From positions 1,674,001 to 1,738,000 of the forward strand of contig NC_090598.1 of assembly GCF_000497125.1 (NCBI RefSeq): a DNA stretch of 64,000 nt, read 5' to 3'. The notes below the pieces were generated by a model. The model was not told the DNA's origin and did not search any database. It saw nothing but the letters and a program-made list of their open reading frames with translations. A program made the position numbers and the translations under genes. This stretch comes from Spironucleus salmonicida (lineage: Eukaryota). Each line of letters starts with the position of its first letter. The first letter of the stretch is position 1. Of this stretch, positions 1 to 15,131 are shown one piece after another.

Positions 1-880
1 GATTTTAAATTCATTTTAAAAGTATATAATTAATATACATAGTAAAGCTATATAATATTAGTATTAGTAGTTTCAATTTCGAAGTTTCACTTTCTATGAA
101 TTTCTAGACTAAATCCAGAGTAAATATATTGTTTTATTTATAATTAGGATTAACATTTTTAAGCATCTAATATTTGTTTTAATGGTTTCGTACTATGAAT
201 AAATTTGTATTAATATACATAATTAAAATTTACTATATAATATCTTTATAATTTACGCTGCATAATACTTCTAGATCTTATAAAACTTCTAGGAGTGGAA
301 TACGGAATAGTAGCTCTATTAATAAACAAGCATAAATTCATAACTTTGTTAATGATAAAATTCAATTAAATTTAAGTGAAATAAATTTCTAGTGGATTAT
401 ATTACATTAGGCTTATAATTAAAAGTTATATTTAACGACATAATTATGTAATAGTTACTACCTATAAATCCAAAGAAAACACATACTCATTACTTATTAT
501 AGCATATTTTCATAAAAATAATTGCTTAAATCTAATAATATTATATAATACGTGTAGTTTCATAAATAATATGCCAAGCAATATATAAATATAATTTTAT
601 AACTATATTTAGTCTTATTAACTTATTAGTTGCTTTATATAATCATAATTTTATATGATTCAGAAATATTTTTATTGTTTATAATAAATTATGTAAAGTA
701 TAAACAATGGTGATTCTGTTTATTATTTATATAGTGTTCTACTATTTTATTTAAATTTATGTACTAAACTTAAAAATAAATTACATCTGATGAGAATGAA
801 ATCTATATGTTATAAAAATACTATTATTTAAGTATAAATTGTTGTATTTATATGCTTACAAATCTTATATAAAAATTTGA

Positions 881-1678
881 TCACTAAAATTAGTTAAGTT
901 AACGCTCTAAACCATAAACCAAGCAACTATAGCTAAGTAATTTTTTTAAAAAAACTTCTAGATCTATAAGCTCATTATCAGACTGACCCTCAAATTCATT
1001 GACTGGAAGGCAATTATCATATTAAAAAGCACAAGAGATATAATTATCATCAATAAGTATAGTATTTTTAAGATCTCTTCCTAGAACTCTAAGATCTTTA
1101 ATATATGCTCCTTTTAAGTGTGTACATGCGGCTCGAGATAATGCTTATAGCGGTTATTTAATAAATTATTATATATACGTGACTCTATTTCTAACATATT
1201 AATTTTCTCCAGCACTCCAAATTATAATCTCAAAGTATTTATCTAGAAATATAAGAAATTCAGGCAAGAAATTGCGGTACGAAGTATATAATCCATCACT
1301 ATATTAGATATTAATACATGAGGTATTTTAAGGCAAGCTAGTTGAATATAAAATTGTTTTATCTAGATCTAATACAATAGTTGGATGCTTCATTAATTAT
1401 GGCGAAAGTAATGGCGTAATTCTATGGATTTATTTAATTTTAATGAACTTATTCGTAAATAGTGCTCTGTATTTTAAGATTGTTTCTTATTGTTATGATT
1501 TAGTTGGCTTTTAAATCTCTAAATAGCTATATACCATTTTATAATATTTATCCTTATTTTTAATATTCATTATTTATTTAAATCTATCTTATTGAAGTAT
1601 AGTATTTGAATTGTCTGATGGGGATTCATTATCCCTAAATAATATTAGTTCCTTGAACCTTAATTATTTTTTATTCAT
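881..1678 (-). CDS. SCP/FCP1-like (NIF/HAD family) CTD small phosphatase-like protein
   Basis: Code-6 translation read through fully: HPTIVLDLDKTILYS, YRNFLPEFL..YFEIIIWSAG, LSRAACTHLKGAYIKDLRVLGRDLKNTILIDDN. Ends TAG TGA. Confidence 0.9.
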
Positions 1679-1732
1679 TTTATATAAGTATATTAATATA
1701 TATAATTAATAATCTATCTACATTCTAAATCA

Positions 1733-4700
1733 ATGTAGCTTACAGAAATTGCCACAATTCCGCCCGGGGCATAACTATGGTCTCCGTCAGTCATGACAAC
1801 GACTTAAAAATTTTTTATTTATGCATCAACTCATTCAATTTATATTTACTAGAGATCTCCTATTATTATTTTCGTTCGGGCTATTTCTTTGAATAATGCT
1901 ATTATTTGTGCTATGACTGCAAATGAAAAACATATTGTTGCTGCTGGAAATGATAAAAAAGTTTATTTTTATGATATTTAAACTTTTGAACCTATCAGAG
2001 AGGTACTTTTAGCTAGGTCAGATCCTCCAATTTCTATTTAATTCCACCATCATATTTAAGACACTGTATTACTTATTTATTAAGGATATCCATATTCAGG
2101 AATTGATGGGGAAATGAGATCTATTAACGTTGTTTCAGGTCAGTCGATTACTTTAATAAATAATCTTGATAAACCAACATAGATGATTTGTTCACCACAC
2201 AGAGCAGAGGTTTCAATTTCTTTTGAAGATGGATAAATTAAATAGTTTGGTCTTTCAAAGGAGGGGAATATTGTATATGAAAGAGTTTTATTAAAGTCTG
2301 ATTTGTAAATAATTGACTAATAAAAAGTATCACAATCTATAAGTAACGATTAGACTCCATCATCAAAATAAATAATTGATATTGTTAACGATTTTAGAAA
2401 AGCTTTAAGAGAAGAAAATTATATTATAGCATGTACTGGTATATCTTACGACCCAAAAAGTTCTGATTATTTTTTAGCCTGTTGGTCCTTTGGAATACAT
2501 GTTTTATTTAGTTCCTTAACAGGATAAGCATTATAAATGTATTAACCTCAGACTACCGGAATTACTTCAATTAATTATTCATAAACCATATCAGGTAGAT
2601 TTTATACAACAGATGGCACAACAGGTGTTTATAGAGAATGGAATGTTTCATAAAATAGATAAATTAATGAGTATCGAGTTTCAGGAACAATATTATTTAG
2701 GACTCATGTAGGTGGATATTAAAATGCACATGGGTTTTCCGATGCTTTACATTTTGTTGATTAAGAGGGACGAGTAACAGTTATAGAACCTCATAATTAA
2801 AAAATTCTATATGAAACAAAATAGAATCATTCTGAAGCGGTTCTTAGTATAGACATAGATCCACTAGATAGTTAAATATTTTGCACATCTAGTTATGATG
2901 GCACAACTAGATAATGGTCGCTAGAAAATTTTAACTACAAAGGTGATATTGGGCGATAGTAATCTATTGTTTGTACATCAGTTACATATAAAAATTCTTC
3001 GATAACATAAAAAATTGTATAAGATAAGAGAAAATTATTTTAGTTTAGTAAAATGGAATCTGGAATTCAATCAATTTACATAGGAAATGTCATTGTATCG
3101 GCGTACAAAAACGGTTTAATAGTGGCATTTGATAAAATAACAGGACGACCAATTATTAATATATTTACCCCAGATACTCAATACAAATCTACTTTATAAG
3201 ATGGAATTGTTGATTTTATTACAGATTAAGAAGTAAGTTTAGTTTAGTAGAAAAAATTTATTTAATATTTTAAAATAAAATGTATGGCTTATGCAGATAG
3301 TTATTTATATACAGGATGGCGTGATTCATCGATCAGAATTATGAAAATTTAAATATTGGAATCAGATAAGCATGGTATTATTATTACATCAAATTTTGTA
3401 GCATCTATTAGTATAGCAAAATTATTACGGGTAGCTATTGATGCCAATCTATAAATTACTCATCTGCAAGCAGTTGATAATTTATTATATGTTTATACAT
3501 CAAAGTCGATGTTTTTAGTATTTGATATAAGTCAGTTTAAAGATTAATGCTCTAATCTGAAATCTATGAATGATAAAGAGGAAAGCCAGTTAATAAAACA
3601 AACATATGCAACTTTTAGTAAATAAAAATATTTTATAGGAAATATGAGCTCAAAATTTGACGAGGGTCAAATTATTTCACATTCTAAATCTATTTACGAT
3701 GTATCGTTCTCTGATAGGTAATTTAATTAATGTTTAGTGGTAGAACCTTCTAAATTGGAGTTGCAGTTTATGGAAACTTATGACTAATCTAAGCCTGATA
3801 AAATTATTCATTTGGTAGATGATCAAGGTTATTATACAACATTGGTTTAATTAGGTAAGTCTGTATAGGATATTATATTTAAAATTGCCTCTGTCTATTA
3901 AGAAAAGTTAAAATCTTAGTAGTCATAATTTAGATAACAGTTTGGCTTAACTTGTGTTAAAAAAATAAATGATTTAAATGTAGTAATAGGTGGATCAGAT
4001 GGAGTATTGTCTATTATTAATTGGTCTCAAAGGTAGGATTAGAAAATGGTGGCATTTTTAAAGAGTACTAAATCAGATATCACAACGTGCCATGTAACAT
4101 AGAATAATATATTAATAGGATGTTTTGATGGTTCAATAAAAATTATTAATTACCATATGGCAGGAATCGATTCGTAAGTGTATTTAAATACAGTATAAAG
4201 TGTATTATTAGAAAAAAGAGATTACCTATAGTAAGAGTTAATTTCTTGTAAATAATATTTTGGAGATATTTATTAAATTGACAACTTGATAGATATTTTA
4301 CAAAATAAAATGAATATATGTGCTCCTTTTAGTCCATTGTCATCAAAATAGCTTTATTCTAGAGGTAAGCTAGTACTGTTTACACTATTATATTAGTTTT
4401 GTCAACAATGCGGCATTAAACTAGAAGACCATTTGGATATTTTGGCATTAGAAGTTACAGAAATTATTGCCTCGAATACCACAGAAAAGTATTCATTATA
4501 TAATGAATGTCAAAAATTATTGAAAAATAAATACAACATTTATAACTAAGGATAACTTGATTCGTCTTAGCCTATTAAATAACGATTATAGTCTATTTTT
4601 AAATATATTCTTTAATTAAGCTTATCTTTTTAATGTCATACTCTCCTTTCAGATCTTTTTTGGGAATTGGGTTTATATTAAGAATCACTATTAACTGCAT

Positions 4701-6019
4701 AGTTTGTCAACACTGAATATTGGTAGGAAAAAGCTACGAAATTAACAATTTAGAGAATGTCATCAACTTATCAACACTAAATGAATCCAATTGGAGATAG
4801 ATATTAATTTTAGGCTTAGATCTCAGCGTCATTTTTTAAGCAACTAAAAGCTATTAAAGAAGCCCAGGAAAGTTGTTCCTTAGAATAAGTTAACAACATT
4901 ATAAACTCTTTTTTGAAAACAGGGCGTTTTGGTTCGGCAAAAATATTGCTAAGTACAATTATATTTTTATCAGATATTGAAAGATTATATTTATCTTAAA
5001 TAATATCATTTGCTATTGTTAATTACTTTTGCTCTCTTTCTTCACCTATTTTTGGTATTTATGAGCTTATATAAGAAAAAATGTATAAATAAGCGATTTA
5101 AACTTTAATATTATCAGGAGAATATCAATTATTTTTATTTATTGCTCCATTTTTACGTCTAATTGATGAATTTAATCCTCTAGTTTAAACTGTATTAGTA
5201 GATTAATTAATAAAATTTACAGATTTTAACCTAATTAATATTCCATAAAATGCTAATTAAGTAGATAGGTAGTTTATTTGTTAAGACATAAATTTAAATG
5301 AAATTATGAATTATTTCACTCTTAGTTTTGATTTGATGTAAGCGTAAAACGGATTTGTTGCGCTTTAGTAGTAAACATTAGAACTATAAAATATAATAGA
5401 TATTTCTCACTATATAAGATATTCAATATGCTTGGAGTTATTAAATAAGGATATTCCTAATTTATAGGAAAATATTACTTTAGAGGAAATTGTCTTATCT
5501 CCAGAATTGAAGGAAAAACTAATTAAAAGATTCAATTAACGTCAAGATTTACCTTTTTGTAAGTAAACTTTTAAGCTTATTAATACTATACTATTGAAAT
5601 TTGAAATTACTAGTGATAATGCAATGAAATCATGTTTATAGTTATAATGGATTTGCAAACATTTAAGTCTCCTAAATAATAGAGAAATAGCAGTGACAAA
5701 ATCACCAGCATTTGCAAAGTATTTGATAATTGGCGCACTTTGTTCACTAAAAATAGGTCAATTTAAGTCATTTAGAAGTATGGTAGCAAGTGCAAATCGC
5801 GCAATTAAAAAACTTAACTTATAAAATGAAAGTATTTTAGATATTATAAATCAAGATCTCTCTAAATTTTATGACGATATGATAGCAAAATTAGATGATT
5901 CTACCATTTAAATTATTTTTAATGGTAGAAGTATATTTGAGAATGCAGAGAAACCATGCTACAGCTTATTTTGTCCTATGGACAGAGGCATGAATTGGAG
6001 CATTGGGATATTTAACTGA
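1733..6019 (+). CDS. WDR17: WD40-repeat protein, WDR17-like (~1428 aa)
   Basis: N-terminus IPPGAQLWSPSVMTTTQKFFIYASTHSIYIY and NHSEAVLSIDIDPLDSQIFCTSSYDGTTRQW resemble WDR17 motifs. ATG and TGA are in the same frame. Confidence 0.75.
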
Positions 6020-6069
6020 CGGTTTATTTATATTATATTCAATATTCAATATTTATTGTCCGCTTAAAA

Positions 6070-8298
6070 ATGAATCTTATTCCTCTAAATTCTGTAAAAT
6101 TAACTCAATAGACTTAATCATTTTAATATTTCAATAATATAATAAAAATAAGTACAAATGTAAGCACATAATTACAATCTGCATTTGAGCTGGATTAAAA
6201 TCGTAATAAATTTAATCTAGTTAAAAAGTTTCCAAATCAATTAGTTCACTAACTATATATTTATTTGGATAGTTTTTCCAGAACATAAATTGAAAGTATG
6301 CTCGAGACGTAATTTTAATTATTTACTAGCTAGTAAATGACTTATCTTAATTCGTAACCTAATGATTCTCAATTAATTTTAGTTTGTGACGTAATTATTG
6401 GTTAAATTCTTACAGTACCATAGAAATAATCACTACCGCCCCCATTAGGTTTTGATTCTTATGCAGTTGTGCCGTCTTAATTTTTCATCGAAACAAGCTC
6501 CCAGTTAGATAACATTTAATATATAATTTTTAACCCATCACGTATAGTTCCTACATATTTTCTTATTACTTAGAAGATTTAAAAGCACTTAAATTAAATT
6601 AAATTTTGTGAAATTTGCTAACATGTTTTTACTAAAAAAATTTAATTCGAATCTTACTTTAATTCAAACAAGCTAATTAGCACTCCACCTTTGCAACCAA
6701 ATTTCGCCTCTATATATTGTTAAAATGATAATATTAAATTGTGCACTTTTTGTGATCAAAATTTACATTAGACACCTGCTCTTTAGCTACATAAACGATA
6801 ACATATAAACGATTAAAATAAATTTGAGGACTGCGAAATTCATAAATCCTAATTATTATATTATTGCTAAAGTAAAAATACTTGGCACTGTCATGAATGT
6901 TTACTATCTATCAATTTATAATAATAAAATTATTTAAATGCATAAGATATGATCTCTGAAATGAGTTAATTCAACGCTATGCTTAATGTTTCACAATATG
7001 TTGAAAAAATGAGAAACTTAATTCTCCAAATAAAAAAGTGTGTTTAAAAATCTGAAGAGAGTTTAATATCTGATTTTAAGAAAAACTTAACACAAGTGTA
7101 AAAAATTGGCCAATTTTAAATCTAACTTATCTTAGGTTAAATCTTAGGAATTTAATAATTAGATTCAATCAACCAAAAATTTTTAAAAGTTGAATAAAAT
7201 ACTGAGTTTACCAGTAATTTACAATTAGAGGTATTTTTGTAGTAAAAACAATACTATCAAAATAATTAGCTTATTTTTGATAACTTGGATTAATTTGGAT
7301 ATGAATTTGAATCAGAAATTTTAGAAAAATTATCAGAAAATTTATAAAATATATAGTAAATTAGTAATGACAAAAGTAAAGAAATGAATAATATTGTTGA
7401 TAATATTGTAAAATATAGATTATATGGAATTTAAGGAATATCTCCATATTAAAAATGGGAGATATATAATTCAAATGATGAAAATACTTCATAAACAGAT
7501 ATTTTTGAAAATATTTATTAAACAACATAATTATTCAACAAAAGTAGTGTGTAAGTGGTTATTACTGATAGAACAGTAGATTCCCAAAAGATGGATTATA
7601 ATACTACGTAAATGACTGTTTCTAAACTAAGCAGTACATAATAATCATATAGTAAAATACTTTTTGAAAAATCAAGTGCTGAATCGTATTTAAACTCTGT
7701 ATTTGATGATAATAAATAACCACAAATAAAACAATAGAATTAACCTAAATTATCAAGCTTTATATAAGATTAACCTTTAAAAATTTAGATTGATTTAACT
7801 ATTCCCTAGTAATCAACTGTTGATGAATAATATATTTTGGTTAATAAATTGTATAAAATTGATGATAAAAACTTATTACTTCCATTTACTCCATTTGAAT
7901 AATATTATAATGACTCTATTAGATAAGTATATTATATTACTTGCCATTATGCTAAATTAGCATTTGGCTGGAATAAATTACGATTAGTATAACCTATCAT
8001 TAATTAAATAAATGTTACTTATATATTTTCTTAAGGAAACTAGAATAAAGGCGTACTCTTTATTAAGAGTCAAAATAGTGTTTTCGTCATTTCTTCATTT
8101 AAAGGAGGTAATGATTTTATAATTGATATAACTAGAAATCAAGTAACTCTTAATATAAATGTATAGTGTTTGTAAGATTCTCTATAAATTAATAAAGGAA
8201 TATAAGTAGAAGTATTGTTGAATGAAAGATAAATTATTTATGGAAGTATTATTGAATAAATCGTTTCAATTGATTGGTTTGATATGTTGATTGAGTGA
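6070..8298 (+). CDS. B-box zinc finger protein with N-terminal PARP/ART-like segment and coiled coil
   Basis: CEICQH...ASIYCQNDNIKLCTFCDQNLH...HKR, plus a second box DCEIH..YYC..HCHEC. Upstream segment LVCDVIIG..PPLGFDSY..QYIIFNPSRIVPTY. Ends GAG TGA. Confidence 0.8.
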
Positions 8299-8375
8299 AA
8301 TATTTTATTAGATTTATTATTTCTATTTTCATTTATTGATTATTATTAATATATTTAATAAAATCAGACTTTATA

Positions 8376-11300
8376 ATGCAAAATTCTAAAAATGTACATC
8401 AAGATTAGTTAGTGTTAATAAACGATTTAGCAGCTATAAGTTTTTAGTAAAATCTAGTTATCAAATAAATGCGATAAGAAAAATAGTTACTGAAGGAGGA
8501 TTTTTACAATAAACTTAATACATATAGAAATTCTGTTGAAAAAAAGATCATCAATATGTAAAAAGCGTATGCATCATCTTTGCTGAATGTTATACGTAAT
8601 AGAGAATTACTTAATCAAAAATGTGACATTAAAAACCCAATTCCCGAAGAGTAGCATAATCTAGAAATTTTATCATATAAGACCAAACTAGAGTAAGAAT
8701 TAAGAGGTAATATAGAGAAAACATAACTTGTTATAATGAATATTACATCAGAAAGAGATTAGTTGAAAAATAAAATTGAGGTTCTCGAATTGTAAAATAA
8801 AGCATTAATATTATAACTAGAGAAAAACAACACTAATAAAGCAGGATCAGTTTAATAAATTTAAGAACATGATAGTTCAGAGAACTTTGAATTATCTTAT
8901 TAAGTTTCAACAGGAATGAATACAAATTTAGTCCCAGACTAGGTATTACAATAAAATTAGACGAAAGATATAGTACTTAATTTACCAGGAGAATCAGATA
9001 AATCAATATCTACTAGTGTAATACCATGGCTTATTGCATCAGAAACAACAAATAGAATTCTAAGCGATAGACATCAAAAACTTTTAGAACATATATAAAC
9101 AAAAGAGAACTAACTTACCAAACTTATGTCTACAGTCACAAAATAGTCATATTAAGTCATTAAATATTAAAATATGGCGTAAGTAGCTAATCAAGAGTAG
9201 TAACTCATTGAGATTTAAATTTCACACTTATAGTAAAATGAAAAAGTATTGGAAAAGAAAAATTAAAAATTAATTTAAAAAAAAGACGAATAAATAAAAG
9301 AAATAAGTCTATAAATTGATAATTATAAACTCTTAAATATAAGATAATCAAAATAATTAGAGATATATGAGGAATAAATTAAGTCATCAAAAAACACATT
9401 TTTCGAAGAATTTTAATTACTTGAACGAATGGAAGAAAATTAAAAAATAGGATATTTATAGAATTAAGTTATTTATCTTAGTAATTTTGAAAAAATATAT
9501 GCCAAAACACTTAGTGATTTGACGAAAAGAAATAAATCTCTATAATAATCTAATGAGGAGTTGAGAATGTATAATATTTAGTTTAATGCTAAATTATATG
9601 AAGTATAATAAAGTGCTGAAGAAAAAGTTACTACTTAGTTTAAGTAACTGTTGGATAGTTATGAACAGTAATAGTCTTCATATCATACAGAAATATCTGA
9701 CCTCAAATTTAATTTAGATTCAAAATGCCATGAAATATAGTTAATTCTTTAGATAGAATCAAAGCTTAAGGCATAAATAGAAACATTGAAGTAATAGAAT
9801 GATTATCTTTTTGAAAGCTCTCTGTAGTAATAAACTTAAATAGTTAATTTGTTTGCATAGTATAAGATATTAAAAAGATAATTTGTTACGTGCATAAATG
9901 ATAAGCAAAATATTAAAGAATAGGCTAACAATTCAATAGATATTATTAATAGTTAGAAAGATCAATTTATAACCATGTAAATCGATAATGAAATTTTAGT
10001 CAATGCTTTAAAAACTTCAATTTAAACAATATATTAAAAACTTTATTCTAAAAAATGTGACGATTATTTATAAGAAATAATACTTAAAGCAAACCAAGTA
10101 TAAACAAATGAAAGTCTAGAACAAATTTAATTATAAGTATCATATGAAATTGATAAAGCATTACCCAATTTATACTAATTAAAAGTTCTAAAATAAGATA
10201 ATTAGCTAACTCTTTTGGAAAAATAAGTTCTAGATCAAAATAGTCTAGATCATCAAGAGAGATTTAAATGCGACTTTTCATAGACTACTTAAGTAAGTAT
10301 TGCGTTTGAATAATAATCTGAACTTAAGAATCAATAATAAAAAATTATAACCAAAACAGTTGATTTTGGATAAAAAGTAGAGTTTCATACAGATTAAATT
10401 TTTTTATTATAAGAAGCATATCGAGAGATAGCATCTTTGAAACAATAATTAACTGATTATAATAGCTAAATGAAGCGATTTGGACACATTAAATAAAAAA
10501 TTTTTGAAGAATGTTATTATGAAGACATAGAAATGGTTAGATAAAACGAACATAATATGCTTATGACTAATGAAGATATTTTAATGCAGCAATATAGATA
10601 CAAAAATTTATATGATGAGTGGAGTATTCATAAATGTCCAACATTTTTAGATTTTAAGCCTTAAGTGGATTAGTTATTACACTAGTTGAAGGAGGTTAAA
10701 GATTAAGTTATCTTTTAATTAGATTCAACTATATAAATACGAGATTCTTAGATAACTACCCTTAATATAGATATTTAATTTCTAAATGATAAATATTCAC
10801 GGTTAAAAGATTACTTGCTAATTAGCAAATATGATATGTAAGATTCTATTTAATCTTTTACATAGATTTTAGATAATTTGAAATAAAAATCTTTATCCAT
10901 CATATAGTTAGGTTAAAAATTAAATACTTTATAACAAATAGTTTAGTTTTTAGTTTAGGAAAATTCAGCTAGGAAGTCATAAGTATATTTATAGTAATAT
11001 GTTTAAACTGATTTAGTTATACAAAAAGACAGCACTAAAAGAAATAAACATACAGAGTTATTATATTATTAATAACGTTAGAAGGATCAAATAGATTCTT
11101 AAACTTACCCTGATACTGCAAATAATATATCAAATATTGATCACTTCATACCAAGTTAAACAAACAGTAAAACTGATATAAGAGAAGAACATAATATTAC
11201 AAACAGTATAGTATAATTAGACGCCTAATTTAAAATAGATTAGTAAGATTATGAAAGTTTAATACTAGTTGAGTAATTAGCACATGATTCTGATAACAAT

Positions 11301-12890
11301 ACAACACACAGAATTATTTCATCCATGGAATTTTAATAAAAATAATTAAACAATACATCAATTAGTTCTATTGATTAATTTATATTAGACTAATCTTCAT
11401 TTAATAATAAAGATGGTACTTCTAACTAAGATTTCTAAAGCTATGTAAATTTCAATGATATAGAATAGTTATTACTATCGTAATAAGAAAATCACAATGC
11501 ATTAATAACGGAACTAGCATTAATTAGTAAAAATTAATCAGATATGTAAGTAGATAAGGTATAATTAGAAAGATAACTTTAGAATAAAACAATGATAATA
11601 TAAACACTTAGAGAAGAGATTACTAAGAATAAAGAGGAATTTCGTTATAAATTTGTGCATAGACCTTCTAAAGAAGAGGATATAGCATAAATAAAATATT
11701 TGTCAAAGTAATTAGATAGTTATAAGTCCTGGTATTAAGTAGTTTCTTAGGAAAATACTAAGCTCATAAAATAAATTGATATTTCTGAAAAGTAGATTAA
11801 TACATTTTTTGGAACTATGTATAAAACTTCTAACTAAGGATAGTTAGATCATTAAAACGATATATCAAAAGAAAAATTAATAGAATAACGAAAACATTCA
11901 GACTCAAAGATTAATAAATTATTTATATAGGAAGACTTCTAGGGTGGACTATAGAATATGTCTCTAGCTAAATTTGAAGATAATGACGCTGTCTAATAAA
12001 AAATAAAAAAATCGTAATTTTTAATTTCTACAACGTAGTCAAGAAAATAATTACAGTATTAACGTGTTGATTATGATTAATAAATATTGGTACCAAAAAG
12101 TAAATATAAATATAATTAAAATAATAATACATCGTAAAGAAGTATTAGTATAAATTCATAAAGATAATAAATATAATTAAATAAGCACTCTCAATTCAAT
12201 GAAAACATTGAAAAATAAAGATTAAAATAGTTAGAATAAATATTAGAACCTTAATAAAATTAATAAAATTTGTAGTAAAGTAACGTTTCAGTAGTGAAAA
12301 TGAAAAGAATTAATGAATTGTAAACTTAAAATGAATAATTAAAGTGTGTATAGAATGTTGCATAATAATTTTCTAGTTAAAATCTGTTTAATATTAAGTA
12401 TTCAAACTAAGATTAATAAGTAAGTAAAAATAAATAAAAAATAAACACCACATCGCCAATATTTTCAAATAAATCGGAACCAATAGATGTTATGGACATA
12501 GGACCCTCGTAAAAACCAGGTTCCAACAAAAATATTTTATATAAGCCAATAAGTATTTGGAATAAGATAAATAAATAGCCAAATCATACAAAGAACTTTA
12601 ATTAAAATGTTTATTATAAAGAAAATTTATCCACATAGAATTTATCAAATTTGCTTAAGTATGCTGTAGATAATATGGGGTAGTTTGAGAAAGAGGATAC
12701 ATCGGTTCCAAATTTAACAAAAGCTTAAACAAAAACGGTTTATACTGATGATGATCAAAACGATATAAATTAACAAGTAATTGATGAAAAAGTAGCGTGG
12801 GTGAAAGGTGGTTATTAGTATAAATCTGAACATTAAAACACTAGATTTAAAAACTTACGTTATTAAAAATAATTACCAGGGACTTAGTGA
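8376..12890 (+). CDS. Large coiled-coil protein, FAM184-like motif (~1504 aa)
   Basis: Q/E/K-rich long frame containing FVHRPSKEEDIAQIKYL, similar to the FAM184 C-terminal motif. Ends TAG TGA. Confidence 0.6.
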
Positions 12891-12937
12891 TATTATATAT
12901 TTGATTAGTATTAAACTTTTTCCTCTTTCCATTTCTA

Positions 12938-14284
12938 ATGGATAATTTAGAAGATAAATTTATACAATAAAAGAATTTTAGGCACTAACAACTAATAAAT
13001 TAAAATGAATAACTACACAGTAATGAAACACATGAATAAATAAGTCACAGACCAATTACATATTATACGCTTTTAGATGCATTTGGAACTGCTTGTCTCA
13101 ATGTTAATAAATTTCCTTCAAAAGAAACAGCCGAAAAATTAAAATAAGTAATTAATTCAATATCTAAAAATATAGAATAAATACCTGAAAAGGAACTATC
13201 GAAAGATTTACTATTAAAAGTTGAAAAATCAATTGACATGATTGTTCAAGGTGCTGATCCTGAAGGACCCTTATAGTTTTTTGTTAAAATGGTAGATGAA
13301 AAAAATAGAGGTTTAGTTCTGATCGCAATAAAGTAAGCACTAAAAGGGTCATCGAAATAGTTGGAATTTATTTAATAATAGCTATCTTCTGATATATCAT
13401 ACAAAAAAACAGCAGAAATTACTGATGATATTATTAAAATTATAACAAAAATGAAATTTCATGTTCATCCAGGTATCTTTGAGGTTTTTTCTTAAGTTAA
13501 GGTAAAAAATTTAAAAAATTTAATTCCATCATCAAAACATTCTTTCAAACAAACTCGTGAGAAGTTGTCTAAAAAAATGAAGAAGATAAAAGAAAATTTA
13601 ACAGATTTAGAGGCACATCTAGTTGTTTATAATTAAGAATCCAGAGAGAATGAAACTGATGCATATTAGAAGTGTTTTTGTAACTCAATATTAGAATTGT
13701 GTCTTACAGTTTTAAAAAATAAGCACTCAAATCTATTATTACCATCTCTTAAGATTTTATAATTATATAAACCAGTATTAGCTAATATTCTAATATAAGA
13801 TTTGGCTAATTTGCTGAAGAACTATATTAGAAATTATATATAGTCATTTGATTAAAATTGTCTTGAAATGATTGTAAAGTTAACAGATTTAACGGAGGTT
13901 TAAATTTTTGATGTACGTGCAAGACCAGTATTTTCTTTACGAAGAGATATTGAAGCTTTAAAAACTGATACAAATGGAGTTAGTTTGGGAGCAGTAGATG
14001 AATTTTACTTTAGGGCATGCGAATTTGTTTGTACAACGGAAGGCATAGAAAATAGAATTTGTTTAGTATTTATGTGTTTGAATATTTTTAAAATTAATAC
14101 AGACGATAGAGCTAAATTAATGAAGAAAATATTAGAAAAATAAGAAGAGAATGAAATTTCTTTTGCAAGATTTTGTAAGGAGCTTATTTCAAATATCCCT
14201 GGATTTCGTATATTAGACGAATGGGTTAAAAATTAATACATTAAATTGAATATAAATTAGGATTTTGAAAGCGTTTTTGATTGA
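12938..14284 (+). CDS. NOC3: Nucleolar complex protein NOC3-like
   Basis: KMKFHVHPGIFEVF...LSKKMKKIKENL...QKCFCNSILELCLTVLKNKHSNLLLPSLKIL parallels the NOC3 central region. Confidence 0.6.
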
Positions 14285-14359
14285 AAATTTTAAATATTAT
14301 ATCAATATCAACAAAGTATTTATTATTTATATTTATTGTTTAATTAAAACTAAATTAAA

Positions 14360-15094
14360 ATGAATTTGATACCTGTTATTTGGTTTAACGGATAGTTATT
14401 AGAATAAAACAGCAAACTTAGATTAAAATAATTTAGTATAGCAAATATTACAGTTATATTTCATAGTAACAATCTTTTGATAATACCGGATATCAATTTG
14501 CTAACATTTTCAACAGATTTTTCATTTAATAGTAGTATCCACGATAATATAATTTCTATACGTATATTCTTAGCCTTAATTGGTAAATATGACCTTAATT
14601 ATGATAATAAAAATTTATTATAATTTATTGTTTACACAAACGAAATTTCACCTTTTTATTCTATTTAAGACGAAATAAATATTACACTTATCCAAAAATT
14701 GTCACCTAGGTCGATCTATTAAAATAGTATTATAATTGGATAGATTATTCCATTAACAGTGTCATTGTAAGACTCGTAAAATAACCCAATTACACATATA
14801 TGCAATTAAGTTCAGTATTCTTCAATAAATGATATTATCTCGATCATGGGATATTATTTTGATAAAGAAGTATTTAAGTGTGTAATTTTTATTAAAATAG
14901 ATAACGATCACTAGAATACTTGTGTTACATTAATTCCTCAGATATAATAACATGAATTAAATTAAATAACTTTTTATTTAATAGAAAGTTCAATTTATAT
15001 TATTTGGGTCAATGCCATAGTATTTATTTGTCTCTTAATAGGCTCTTTGACTCTAATTTTTCTTTAAATTAGATATTACACAAAATAATAGTGA
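14360..15094 (+). CDS. Hypothetical protein with C-terminal transmembrane helix
   Basis: Open frame in code 6 with hydrophobic IYIIWVNAIVFICLLIGSLTLIFL near the end. Ends TAA TAG TGA. Confidence 0.65.
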
Positions 15095-15131
15095 GTATAT
15101 ATTATTATATAAAATATTTCTTTTCATTTAA

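Noticed and set aside
440-486. GTATGT donor-like site on the minus strand
   Set aside because: No matching CTAAC-AG acceptor nearby and no supported exons.
1745-1803. GC-rich hairpin-like stretch with an Sm-site-like AATTTCTG on the minus strand (snRNA/tRNA candidate)
   Set aside because: It is the 5' coding region of the WDR17-like gene (IATIPPGAQLWSPSVM), which matches a conserved protein motif.
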